Below, one piece after another: positions 1-12,609 of a stretch of 64,000 nt of DNA. The notes under the pieces are model-generated. The model was not told where the DNA came from. It saw only the letters and a program-made list of their open reading frames with translations, and did no database searches. A program made the position numbers and the translations under genes. Origin of the DNA: Octopus sinensis. Taxonomy: Eukaryota. The stretch spans positions 73,160,001 through 73,224,000 of the forward strand of contig NC_042997.1 in the NCBI RefSeq assembly GCF_006345805.1. Direction: 5' to 3'. The first letter of the stretch is position 1, and each line of letters opens with the position of its first letter.

Positions 1-430
1 AGCTACTCCATTCTCATAACCTTTTCCAGTCCCATGTCAGCCTAAAACAGGCCATGGAATGATGTCAGTTCCAATCCATGCATCGAAATCTCCTAATATG
101 ACCAGTTTGTTAGAAATTGGTACTTTCCTCAATAATTGTGCGAGATAATCACAGAACTGTGCTACAGTTTCATCAAAATGAGACATTGTTGGTGCATAAA
201 TGCTGACAACGGTATGAAATCTACCTTTTGTCAGTTTTATGCAACATGATATGGTTCGTTCAGATTTATCTCTTGGAAATTCTGCAATGGTGGTAACCAA
301 TGAATTCTTGAGAGCAAACGCAACACCAGATTCTCTATCTGACCCTCAGGTAGGCCGCGCTAGAAACTAGTATATCCATAAATAGGTTCATTTATTTGAC
401 CCACACTGGAGAGAGACGAGTTCCAGCAGC
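1..430 (-). mobile_element. RTE-clade LINE fragment (AP endonuclease region)
   Basis: ORF 37..300 has VVSIYAPT...LVILGDFDAWIG (APE motifs). The DNA is homologous to 46336-46760 of the longer RTE copy. Confidence 0.85.
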
Positions 431-504
431 CGCTGGGTGGAAGACTGGATATGTCGTGGCTAATGATGCGCAGACATGCGGTGAGGCTGCGACATGTCAC
501 TATG

Positions 505-727
505 TTACGGGACGTAAACACACCAACATCGGTTGTCAAGCGGTGTTGGGGGACAAACACAAAGAGACACGCACGCACACACATGGGTTTCTATCAGTTT
601 CCATTTACCAAATCCACACTCAAAACCTTTGGTAGGTCTGAGGCTATAATAGAAGACTCTTGCCAAAAGTGCCATGCAGTGGTACTGAACCTTGAACCAC
701 GTGGTTGGGAAGCAAGCTTCTTGCTGC
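505..727 (-). mobile_element. tRNA-derived CORE-type SINE, family A
   Basis: Reverse complement reads aagaagcttgcttcccaaccacgtggttcaaggttcagtaccactgcatggcacttttggcaagagtcttct...ggaaactga, matching copies at 15572, 33128, 38425 and 47485. Confidence 0.8.
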
Positions 728-2349
728 ACAAATATTTATATACACATACATACATACATTATATTCATACAGACACGAGACGTTACTTTACACCTAGTAA
801 GTGAAGTAATGTCGTTGAAATACTGACGTTAGGTAAACGCTGAATAAATTGTTTGGTGCATTCTTCCTCTTTTAAGATCAACTGTGTTTTGAAGGAGTTT
901 CGCAGCCAATGTTAGCAGGTTGAGTTCTCTCATTCGCTTCTCGTTTCAAGTTATTGTTTTGCACCAGTTAGTCACGGACACAACATACCTGTGGTTAATT
1001 GCATTCCAACTATTATAGTTCTATGTTTTCCTTCCAAACAGCCAATGCTGCATCATTTAATGGGCCTTTTCTTTTTCAAGAGAATAGATTGTGATTTGCG
1101 GGCGATTTGGTTCTTGTTTCCAGTAGGTCAGATTGACCATATACAGGTTAGTTTGATGGGGCTTTTGCAACTCAGACTAAAGAAGGGTTGCGAGCCAAGG
1201 TTGGGTAGGCGGTGAAGAGCACGGTTTAGTCTGTCATAAGAAGTAGAAGAAATCTTCAGTTGTAATCGAAAGTAGCTTCACTTAACTTTAGACTGTATTT
1301 TTTACCGTAATATTGTCCTTCATTCGACTGCATTAAGTCCGAAGCTGTCGAAAAACTGCAGATGATAATAATTACTATTGATTTGTTGCCACCAGTTATT
1401 GACTATTTCAAACTTGAAAAGTCAACTGCCTGCAAAATTGTCGTACAGTTCATTATCGTAAGCCATATTGAATGCAGACAGGGTTATATGATTATCTAGT
1501 TCATTCTGTAACTACGTGGTTTAGGATCCGGTCTTATCGTGCAGTCATTTGGAAATTATTTTCTACTACAGTTTCCTCGACAACCAAAGCCGTGTGTGTG
1601 AAATTTGGTATTTTGCGCTTGTGTGAAAGTAGTCAGAGGTATCGCTCTACTCCTTGGTTAATAAACATAATATCCTGGCTAAATAACACATGGTCGATGG
1701 GCAACTTTAGTTAACTTTATTCTGCTGTAAGTGTTAAGGTCAAGTCTCAAGCCTGAGGAAGTGTCCTCCAGTCACCTCGTCAATAATTGAGACCCGAAAC
1801 GAGCTATGGTGGTTGCGGTTCCCCTTCTGACTAAGCTGTAAAAAAGCATCTATAATTCCCTTACTGTTATTCATTCTCAAGTAGTAATGTACAATATTAT
1901 CTTCGGAACGACTGATTTAATATTTCAAACTTATATAAAATGAGAAAAAAAGCATCGGAGAGATGATGCATACCATGCGTGCAGATAAATTTTCCCGCAA
2001 ATTAAAGTGTAGCTTACAGTGCGTTGCTTGCCCATGCTTTTTAAGTGAACTGAATTAATTTTTTTTAAGCATCACCATTATAAGTATCAAAACTCCGGTC
2101 AAATTAAGAAATAAAATCGTAAATAAACGAAACCCTCAAATTTATCAATGTACACACACGTGCACGCACACACACTCGCACACATGAATACGCACACTGA
2201 CTCGCATATCTATGTATGTGTTTACGTATGTATGTATGTATGTTTGTATGTGTGTATGTATGTATGTATGTATGTATGCACATGTGTCTATGCGCATAGG
2301 TACTCCAGGATCTATACACACACAGACGAGGGTCGATTCATATGAAAAA

Positions 2350-2602
2350 GAAAGTGAACAAAATAATATGGCCATTTATCAGGAAATTTGTAAGTTCGAT
2401 TTAAAATATTTTTTTTGTCTTTTGTCTAAAGATAATCAAACCAAATGTTCATCATTCTGAGTCACTCGCCCAATGAGTATTTCTGTTAAATGCAGTGAAA
2501 ATCCGTTCAGCCGTTTTTACGTAATTTTGCAAACACACGGGCAAACAGACAAAGACGAGTGATTACAATATCCTGCTTTCGCTTATGCGCGCAGGATAAT
2601 AA
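2350..2602 (+). mobile_element. Possible Helentron/HINE-like non-autonomous element end
   Basis: aaaatccgttcagccgttttt...acagac tract followed by terminal hairpin tatcctgc...gcaggata. Confidence 0.35.
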
Positions 2603-3696
2603 ATCAGTTTATGGAAATATATGTATACACTTAAAACATACATGTTTCAGGCACAGTCATCATTTGATTTTTAACATCTTTATTGTTGCGTTACATACTA
2701 AGACTGGCTGTAGTAAAAAAAGGTAAAACATTCAATGAAAATTTCAATGATGGAATGTAGGCAAGTAGTAAGTGTGATGAGCTATCTGAACATCTGCTAC
2801 AACAAAAGGTCACAACCATTTTGGACAAAGACCTCCCTTTTGACCCTTGGAGTCACAAAAGGCTACCTAGAAAATATTTTTATTTTTCAATATACTACTT
2901 ATTTTGATATCAGATAATAAGGATTAAAAATATAGGACGTCGTTTTACATATGCGCTTGTACACAGTCGGGAGTATAAATGTACATACTGAAATGCAAAA
3001 ATAGAAAAAGAGAAACGAAATAATGAACTGAAAGTTTGGTAATTGCGTTTATTTCCACTACGCGACACTTATGAGATCAGCGTGTAGTCTATGGAAAGAG
3101 TGCCGATTTCCCTTATCAAAATAGCTAAAATTTGTGCAACAATCTGACATATAAGTTATTGTCATCTGGGAGAGGATGTTTTTTGGTCAAGAAAGAGAGT
3201 GTATTTGATAGAAATTGCTGAAATACATATGTATTTCATTTGAGTAGCAAATTGTGGAGGATGGTACTCACTGTACTTGATTCAAATTAGTCACAAAATC
3301 ACCCACCTTTTAAAATGATGTAAAGAAATCTGAAAATTTGTCAGATTAAACATTCATTTCTTATTCAGGATCTAGTTTGTTTCGCTCACAAAATCTGCAT
3401 TTTTTAAGAGGAAGCAAAAAATCTGAAAATTGGTTATCTTGATGCTTATTCCTATGCTTATTCCTATGCTTATTCCTATGAAATCATGAAATTCTGAAGA
3501 AAAAAATTTGACGCATACACTTTCTTTTTAATTCGTGGTTTTAAAATACAGTCAGTCCGAATATACCATTCGTTTCCCTTTATAATTCCAAATAATTTTC
3601 TAAATATTCCATTATTCTAATATCTCCTGAAACTTATACATGTATAAATGCTTACAGAAACATACAGATATATACACACACATATATGTTTACAGA

Positions 3697-3759
<63 letters not shown>

Positions 3760-3809
3760 GAATAAATAATTAAATGGAGTTGAACGAAGATGTTAATAAA
3801 ATTCTTTTA

Positions 3810-3892
3810 CTTTCGACATATGTTTCGAAGACAACAAGGTTTAATTCCAAAGGAATAAACGGTGTTAAAATGCAATCTTCTCATCAGGAAAG
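3810..3892 (-). ncRNA. Type I hammerhead ribozyme (canonical core)
   Basis: Minus strand: ctttc-CTGATGA-gaaga...tcttc-GAAA-c atat g-TC-gaaag. 5-bp stem I, 5-bp stem II, palindromic stem III (acatatgt), GUC site. Confidence 0.8.
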
Positions 3893-4471
3893 AAAGAGAC
3901 CCTCTCTCAACAACAAGACAGATGACTGCCTACATGATAAACAGAACGTTATTAAGTATTAAAAAAAACCGTTAGTAGATTTGACGTCAAAGGCAGATAG
4001 TAGGAAGAGAAGGGTTAAAGAAATAATAAGTAGAGAACAAATAGAGAGGGATACGTTGATTAAAAAAATGTTCAAAGGCTTAGAAATAGACTTCTCTATT
4101 GAAGTAAAGTGCAAGTTAAACTAACTGTTCAAACTATAAAGACTGGCGAAATCACTTATATGAGTAAAATGTGTGTTTCTGCCAGAACTTCAAATCATTA
4201 TTCATCATTCAGGGATAGCAAAAACCGCCATTGTACAGTAAATTGATTTGGCATCTTAAAGACAACAATAAAGATTTTAAGTTACATTGGTTCATACTGT
4301 CCGTATCCTTTCCTTTCGATATAACACACAAATTACTGCACATTAACCCGGAGTTTCTACCTTTGGATAGGTCGCTTCAACCGTGTTTCTGACGTGAATT
4401 TGCTACCCTGGTAACGGTTCATTGAACTTTCCATGTTAACGGTAAACATAGGATAATTCATTCACCCATTG

Positions 4472-4516
<45 letters not shown>

Positions 4517-5483
4517 ATATATATATTTCAGTATATCTACACAACTGTGCCCCAAATATTTGCTTCTTCATAAGATTGAGAAATTAAATATTTATTGTCT
4601 ACAAATATGCTTCAGATCATGTAGATTCCGATTAAGTTGGAATTCATTGTGAAAATCGTTTGTTTGTACAGGGGTTTTAGAAAATTCACACAACTAGGCA
4701 TTGTGGTACACACACAAACACGCACACACACACACACACATACACACACACACACACACATACACACAGACATGTATAGGATAAAAATTACTTGGAAGAA
4801 GATGCATGGCGTTCAATCATGTAATGATATAAATAATATATATATATAACACATATATACAAACATATATGTCATATATGTACATACATCTATACTTATA
4901 TATATGCATATACATATACGTATAGATGTCTGTACATATACGTATGTATATTGCATATGTATGTGTTATGCAGTGATATGTTGCATGTCCATACGCAATA
5001 TTAGCAGACAGACAGCCGTACAGTAGTACGATATATAGTCCAAGTAGACGAAAGCCTTCTTTTTAGAAAAATGAAGTTGGAAGAGTGATTATCGTAACCG
5101 ACGGTGTGCCAGTTTTTACGTGTGTATATATATTGTTTTAATTATATCTTTATACACGCGCGTACACACATAAAAAAACTGGCATTTCACATAAAAGTCC
5201 AGTATTATGTGAAAAAATGTGAAGACCGTCAATTGACTTTCTTCCATAAAAGTATTGAAAAATCATTTGGAAATAATCAAGAGAAACGAATGATAGATTC
5301 GGACTGTCGGTAATTTAAAACCACGAATAAAATATTGGAGTGGTGGGTGATTTTTTTCTTGCAAAATCATATCAATTCCATTATGCAGAAGACAGAATCG
5401 AAAAAGTTTTGTAAAAATTCGTAAAAATACAAAAGTTATGAGGGGTTTAACACGTGCCTCCATCACAATTCCGCTCATTCTTG

Positions 5484-5519
<36 letters not shown>

Positions 5520-5733
5520 AAAATTCTATAATTATGAGAATAATTATAATTAGGGTTCAGCAAAATTCGCTTTACCACATACAGTTGTTGAGTATTGCTG
5601 TCTGGGAGATATCTTATGGTAGTAAAATAGTAGTTTAACTACTAATTCTAAATTTCGGTATGTATTGAAGCAAATTTTGCTGAACCCTAATTATACAAAA
5701 TTCTATACTTATGAGTATAATTATAGAATTTTT
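5520..5733. repeat. Inverted repeat / hairpin element
   Basis: ataattagggttcagcaaaatt (~5545) pairs with aattttgctgaaccctaattat (~5673). Outer aaaattctataattat / ataattatagaatttt arms. Confidence 0.75.
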
Positions 5734-5912
5734 GTATAAGTTTACCGATAATGGTTCTTTTAACATACCAAAGTACTTGGAAAAAAACTATTAATTACTA
5801 ATTAATTAATTAATTAATGATTAATTAATTAATTAATTTTACCCTTTATTATTATTGATTATATATATACATATATATAGATATGTTCATATATATACAT
5901 ATAAATATATGC

Positions 5913-5976
<64 letters not shown>

Positions 5977-5977
<1 letters not shown>

Positions 5978-6115
5978 CTAGCAGTATCGCCCGGCGTTGC
6001 TCGGGTTTGTAAGGGAAATAACTATATAAGCATTTTAAAAGAGTTATAGCCAAAAAATAGTAAAAAAAATGCATTAAAAATGGAAAAAAATGATGGTAAA
6101 TTTTCTTAAAAATCG
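5977..6115 (-). mobile_element. Helitron 3' terminus
   Basis: Minus strand ends cccgagcaacgccggg (GC hairpin)-cgatactg-CTAG-t. The same end type occurs at 36126-36163. Confidence 0.7.
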
Positions 6116-6829
6116 TCATAATGTGACTTTTCATTCAAGAATTGTAAAGAAAAACATTTTTTTAAATTTCAGGAGGGGGAAAAAAGAAAATTACATTGTT
6201 TTGTGCAAAAAATTATAATAAATATATACAAAAATAAAAAAATAGGTACTCTGATACATTGTAAAGTCTTTGTGTATCTTGAGTTTAATGATATTTCACG
6301 AAAAAATTACCCTGAAGTATTGAGATCCATAGGATTAAATCCATGTGTTGTTTAGTTTAATTAAGGGTGTCTCTTAAGTGAATGGCAAAACAGGAAGTAG
6401 TAGTCCAGTTCCTGTGCTGTGAATAAGGGGAGACAACTCTGGGTTTTAAGCTCTTCAATTTGTGTTTATCAATTTTTTGTAATAAAGGGTGTTAATAAAC
6501 CTTAAATTATAAAATTATCATTTTAGCTTCATTTGCATTATCTTTTTTTATATAATTGTTTGGTAACTTAACATTCAGATTTTAACACTTTATTTATATT
6601 GTTTTCTAATTATATAAATTTGCATAAACCAATTTATAATTACATTTCAGATTGTTATGTCATATATAATAACAATAATAATAATAATAATAACAACAAT
6701 AATAATAATGATATTTTAAGAATATAGGTTTTAGCTTGAAGTGATAACTGCATGGTATCCTTATATATTTGTGTTAGTCCATCCATGAAGAATGAGGTAG
6801 AAAAAAGAAGTATGATCAATGAGGAGTTT

Positions 6830-9800
6830 GCATATTAAGATGCGTTTTGAATTTTTCAATAAAGATATTCTCCTTGTTAATTCTCTCCTGTGTGGTGATT
6901 CAGTCTTTACATTAGTAGAAGGGGAATATGTAGAATTTGGGATTTTTGTCTTTAGCGCATGCGTCTATGTGGTCACTCAGTGGGATTTGCCGGTATTCCG
7001 GGAGATTTATCTGTTCTTTATGCACCGCTACTCTTTTACGCAACGGGAGGCTCGTTTGTCCAACATAATTATGTTGGCAACCGGCGCATGTGAGAATGTA
7101 GATAAGTTTCTCGGAGGAACAGGAGAAGTTGGTCTTGATTTTAAACTTCGTTCCTTGTTTGAAGATAAATTCAGAGCCTTCAAGCAGGAAGGGGCAGGTG
7201 CCACAGTTTGGGCGTGCACATTTTTAACTGCTGGGGGTGGATGTGGTGTGTGAAGTTTGGTATTTGTCAAGAGTTTTTTTAAAGATTTGTGTTGCCTTTT
7301 ACATTTGAGGATTTTGTGTGTATTTATAATGTCTTTCATTTTTGGGTCTGTTGACAGTAGAGTGAGGTTTTGTGGTGAATGCTTTTTTATTTTTGGGGTT
7401 GTGGGTGGAAATGTATGGAAGTATTTTGGGGTTGTGTGTGTTGTTGCGTTGGGTGGTTTTCAGTGTAATGTTGTCTAGTTCTTTGGCGCGTTTTATTCCA
7501 TACTCTATAAGGGTGGAGGGATATTGGCATTGTAATAGTGTTTTTTTGAGGCCTTGAAGGCGTATTTCTCGAGTTTTTTGATCCGAGACAATGGTGCATA
7601 CCCTTTTAGCTAAGTTGAAAGGGATGTCTTGGTGTGTTTTGTGTGGCATGAACTAAAGAGGAGGTATTGTTGTGAGTCTGTAGGTTTGTGGTAGATGTCT
7701 GTTATGATTTGGTTCTTAGGTGTTTTTATAATTAGGAGATCAAAGAGATGATGTTTGCTTAATTCCATAGTGAATTGGATGTTGGGATGTATGTTGTTCA
7801 GTATGGTTTTGAATTCCAGAAGTTTTTCATAAGATTCTTTCATATGATGAAACAATCATCCAAATACCTTTTCCAGTTTTCCATTAGGTAGGTGTAGAAA
7901 ACATGTCCAAATTTCTGGCGTGATATCTCATAGAGTGATAGTTCGAAGAAACCCAATTTGAGGTTCGCAAGGACTGGTGCAGCCTTGGTACCCATCGCAA
8001 TACCGCATTTTTGACGGTAGTGTGTGTTGTCGAAGAGGAAATAATTGTTTGTCAGAATGAACTTGAGTGATTCCGTAATAAAGGTCTTGTGAATGCGGTG
8101 TTTTTCTAGCCAGAAATCAATTGCCTCAATACCATATTTATGTGGGATGTTGGTGTAGAGGTTGATGACATTAAAGGATACCATGAACGCCTCCTCGTTA
8201 ACTGTTTTCGGGAGGTGTTTGAGCATGTGCAGATCATCCCTAATGAAACCTTTGATGTGGGTAAGGAAAGATTTCAAAAGGATGTCCAGGAAATTACTTA
8301 AGTGGTGTGTTTCACAGGAGGTGCCAGCCACGATGGGCCTTAGTTTTAGGTCCTCCGGTGCTTTGATGTTGATGTGGATGTCAGAGGAGAGTTTGCAGGC
8401 TTCGGTGATATATTTGTTTTTATGGATTTTAGGAAGGCCATAAAAAAGGCTAGGCTTGCATTTGAAATTGGTGATATAATCTCTTTCTTTTTCTGTAAGT
8501 CCCTGACCGTGTTGGAGTATGAGTGTGGTGAGATTTTTGATTGTCTTTTGCTGTTTATAGTTAGTTAGTTAGTTAATTTGGCTCAAAAGCAAATAGCAAG
8601 GCCATGTAGGGGAACATGGAGTTAAGTACAGGGTGGTGTTCATGTAAAAAGTTCAGGCCACTTGAGGTCAAGGGAGGCTTTGAACAAAGCGGTCGTCGGC
8701 ATCTTCACCATCTCGTCTGGCAGCTTGTTCCACGGATTCGCAACCCGGACGGAGAAAGCTCCTCTCCTTCGATTGAGATGAAATCGTCGCAGGTAGAGCT
8801 TTTCGGAATGACCCCGCAGCCGACGCTCTGGAGCAGGAGTGAAGAACAGTTCTTTCGAGAGGTTACACTTTCCGCTTATGATGTTGTGGGCGAGAATGAG
8901 ATCACCACGGCGGCGGCGTTTTTCAAGAGAATAAAGGTCGAGCGTCCTCAGCCTTTCTTCGTAGGACAAATTTTTGAGACCATGAACCATGCGGGTAGCC
9001 AGCTTCTGGACTCTTTCGAGATGCTGTATGTCTTTGAGGAGATAAGGAGAAGAGGCTTGAATCCCATACTCCAATATGGGTTTCACCAGCGTGACATAGA
9101 GTGGTAGGAATATGGCTGCTGTGAGCATTCCGAATGACCGTCGAATCAAGAACAGAATTCCGCGTGCTTTGTTGGCAGCATGACGCACTGGGCCGAAGGC
9201 GAAAAGGAGGAATCCACCAAGATACCTAGGTCCTTTACCTGATCGGTCCTCTCCAGCAGCAGACGACCCGGCTCGAAATCAATTGAGTTGCAGGAGTAGA
9301 GCCGACAGGCAGATGACAGCACTTTGACACGTTCAGACACAGGTCCCAATTGTTAGACCACTTCCAATTTGGTGGAGGCATCGACGAAGATCCTCTATAT
9401 TACCGCGAGGAGCGACCAGTTTGATATCGTCGGCAAATAGAAGGGTGTGTTGCGTGAGGTCGTCGGGCAAGTCATTTATGAAGACTAAGAACAACAAGGG
9501 CCCTCCAAGCACTGAACCTTGAGGCACGCCACTGCTCGCACTGGAAACGTCGGACCGCGAACCATTAACTTGGACTTGGAAGGAGCGATCTGAGAGGAAG
9601 GCACCAACCCATCGTACAATATCCGGATGGAAACTATATGCTTGAAGCTTGACAAGCAATAGGCGGTGGTTTACCGAGTCAAAAGCTTTGGCAAAGTCCA
9701 GTAAAACGATGTCAACAGCATCACTATCATCGAGGATGCGCGTCACCAATTCTTCCATTACTAGTAGGTTGGTCAAGCATGATCTTCGGCACGAAGCCGT

Positions 9801-11110
9801 GTTGGGAATCAGAGATAGAGGCTGTGTTTAGGAGGTGGAGCATCATACTTTTCTTAAGGATGGTTTCGAACATCTTGCTGATAATTGATGTAAGGGAAAC
9901 CGGTCAGTAGTTAAGCGGGTCTTCGCGGCTCCCTTTCTTGAAAATTGGGCAGATTATCGCTGTTCTCCAGTCTGCAGGTATAACACCTGTCGCCAATGAC
10001 ATATTGAATATTGTTAATAACCTCATAGAAAATGTTGTTGTTTAGCATGGAAAGCACTAGGTGTTTATAAAACTCCGTGTCCATAAGGACCACAGCGCTC
10101 CCTTTGTCGGCTTATTTGATGGTAAGGTTTTTGTCCAGTTGTAGGTCACGTAGGTTTTTCTATTCTTCCCTACTGAAATTGGATTTTACCTTGGTTTTGC
10201 CTGGAATAAAGGGGAGACTCTGGATGTGTTTGCAAAAATCGTCCAGTGCCTTTTTTCTTCCTTTTGATGGTAGGAAGTTACTTTTGTTTTTGATCAATGA
10301 ATCGTCCTCATTGTTGAGATCTGTCAGAGCTTCTGTTAAACGAAGTTTTCTGCAGAATTCAGAAAGTTGGGTGTTCTTGGGGTGGGTGTGAATTTCAAAC
10401 CTCTTGCTAGGATGTTGATTTGGGTTGGTGTCAGTGTTTTGCTGGAGAGGTTTATAATTTTTGTCTTCTTATTTTGGGTCTGTGTTAGCGGTGGTTTTTG
10501 TATTTTTCTCCTCTGTCTAAAAAATGGTTGTTGAAGTAAGGGGTGTATTGTTTATTAAAGTTATGGTTGTATGTGTGTGTGTGTTTTTGGGTGGGGAAGT
10601 TGGAAGGGGGTAGGTAGTTGTAGTACTTATGTTGGTATGGGATGTGATGGTGTAAGGTTTTGTGAGAAATGCGGTGGGTTTGTGGGTGTTTGTATGGTAG
10701 ATTGTATGGGAGGATGTAGGGGGTATGTATCTGTGGTGATTGGGTTCGTGTGGGATGTGAGGGTTTGGAGATCTGTAGGAAATGTGGTAAGAATGTGGTT
10801 GTTGGACGGGTGGACTATAAGGGTGATATAATCCCTTTCTTTTTCTTGTTTGTTATTAGCGTGAGAGAGGGGAGCATTGAGGGGGGAGATAATTCCTAGT
10901 GTATGGGAGGTTCCTGATGGTTCTTGTCGGTGGGAGAGGGGTGTTAGAATGACTAGAGATCCAGGTTTTGTGGTGGGTCTTGTTTGAGATATTTCGGGTG
11001 GGAAAGGGCTTTTTGTATGGTTGGGGGAAGTTGTGTCCTGTTTGGAGGGGGTTTGGAGAGTATGTGTATTTGAGGTGTGGTTTGGGGTGGTGTTGACACA
11101 TTCGAACACA
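6830..11110 (-). mobile_element. Penelope-like element (RT + GIY-YIG), degraded and interrupted by a LINE
   Basis: RT motifs SFNVINLYTNIP, YRQKCGIAMGT, WKRYLDDCFII, IHPNIQFTME, IYHKPTDSQQYL. C-terminal GIY-YIG region near 7000-7200 (IYILTCAGC..NYVGQT..LRKR..VH). N-terminal part at 10000-11100. Confidence 0.9.
8560..9998 (-). mobile_element. 5'-truncated CR1/L2-group LINE nested in the PLE
   Basis: LDFAKAFDSV, SGVPQGSVLG, LFADDIKL, LERVQKLATR, LEKRRRRGDLI, FSVRVANPWNKLP. 3' (TAAC)n tail at 8560-8575. Confidence 0.9.
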
Positions 11111-11496
11111 CAGACACAGTCTTTTCAGTTCTTGACCGTTAATTCTTGCTATCTCTCTCTCTATGCCTTCCACACACACTTTCACGCATTCAAAGACGCA
11201 CACACACACATTAAGGCAATTTTACACACTCATACATTCGAGCACTCATTCATAAAATAAATCAAATATAAACACCAGTCATACAGAATACATTCACTCT
11301 CTTTAGTTTTCCTATACCTTCCTTTTCCTACCTTGATTCTGCCCTTGAACTATGTCAACGGACAATTTCTCCTGCTTTCATCCAATCTGGCGTCACCCCC
11401 TATAAGTAGACATTATTTATCATTATTTTTATGGGCTCCTCGTGAGCAGTCGTCGAAAAGCTTGTTGTGCATTTTGTTGGAGAATTAAGTTCCTGG

Positions 11497-11582
11497 ATTT
11501 TCCTGAAGAGAAAGCTGCATAATGGACTCCTTATTCACTCGGAATTAGGGACTTTGCAGACTTCGAAACATATGTCGAAAAT
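11497..11582 (+). ncRNA. Type I hammerhead ribozyme (canonical core)
   Basis: attttc-CTGAAGA-gaaagctgca...tgcagacttc-GAAA-c atat g-TC-gaaaat. 6-bp stem I; predicted cleavage after 11576. Confidence 0.8.
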
Positions 11583-11635
11583 AAAATAAAGGAATTTTGT
11601 TAAATCTTCGTTCAGCTCCATTCTTTCCTATACTT

Positions 11636-11667
<32 letters not shown>

Positions 11668-11675
<8 letters not shown>

Positions 11676-12050
11676 AAAATAGTAAAGAGTGAAAAAACGA
11701 CAGAAGGCTTAAATGTTAACAAATATATATATTTGCGTCAAAATGTCTGGAGAATATTGGAAAAATTTTTTTCCTTTCCTTAAAATGACATAATTTTATA
11801 ATTTTTAAAGAAATACCGGTTTCGCAGTTAGCTCTTCAAATTTCTTGTGACTAATGTTTATTTTTAAGTCACAACAAATTTGAAGAGCTAACTGCGAAAC
11901 CGGTATTTCTTTAAAAATTATAAAATTATGTCATTTTAAGGAAAGGAAAAAAATTTTTCCAATATTCTCCAGACATTTTGACGCAAATATATATATTTTT
12001 TAACATTTAAGCCTTCTGTCGTTTTTTCACTCTTTACTATTTTCTTATAT
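11668..12050. repeat. Near-perfect ~380-bp palindrome with a variant HHR-like motif in each arm
   Basis: Arms of ~185 bp centred near 11860. TTGAAGA-gc taact gc-GAAA-ccgg-TA-tttctt at 11873-11911 (+) and 11808-11846 (-). Confidence 0.9.
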
Positions 12051-12566
12051 ATTCACCCACGTGCTTTACCAAACAACTTTCTTATATATATATATATATA
12101 ATATATATATATATATACACATATACGTGTATGTGTATGTGTCTGTGTGTGACTGTGTTTGATAGTGTCTGTTTTTCCTTTAGTTTTTGTTTACTTATAC
12201 GCATCAACAAATGAGACAATGAGGTATTCTTTGTGTGGCTTTTCAATTCTCTAAAACTAACAGCCAAATCTCCCTTGTACTATATTCTTGTTAGTTTTAA
12301 GGAAAGGCAAAATGTTTACTCCTCTCCATCATTATGATTTAAATCAATATTTTTGATTTTGTTCGGCTCTACGAATTTAATTTTTTTGAACGCTTCTGTC
12401 CATTGCTTGATACAGGAAATTGAAAACTCCTGACCAAAACTTAACGAATAATATAGAAAGAGAAAGAAAAGGATCTGTTTTCCAAAGCCGAAAGATATCT
12501 TTATCTGGGGTGTAATTTTATAATTAAAACAAATTCAAAGTTTAAATTTCAGAACATAAGACTTAC

Positions 12567-12609
12567 CACGTTATCTGGTGTGTAGCCGCAGTTCAAATGG
12601 GTACAAAAC
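12567..12609 (-). CDS. Candidate 43-bp host exon (phase 2 to 0), xFCTHLNCGYTPDNV
   Basis: Acceptor cacatttttttAG, donor GTAAGT, only one open frame, non-repetitive context. Confidence 0.5.

Noticed and set aside
1745-1820. CTGAGGA...GAAAC hammerhead-like halves
   Set aside because: No clean stem II and no valid UH plus stem I; at best a decayed remnant.
3270-3330. Possible minus-strand exon with AG/GT boundaries
   Set aside because: Stops in all three frames, and it lies in a local repeat.
10571-11260. Thr/Pro/His-rich and Val/Gly-rich ORFs
   Set aside because: Compositionally biased PLE N-terminal or UTR sequence, not a host gene.
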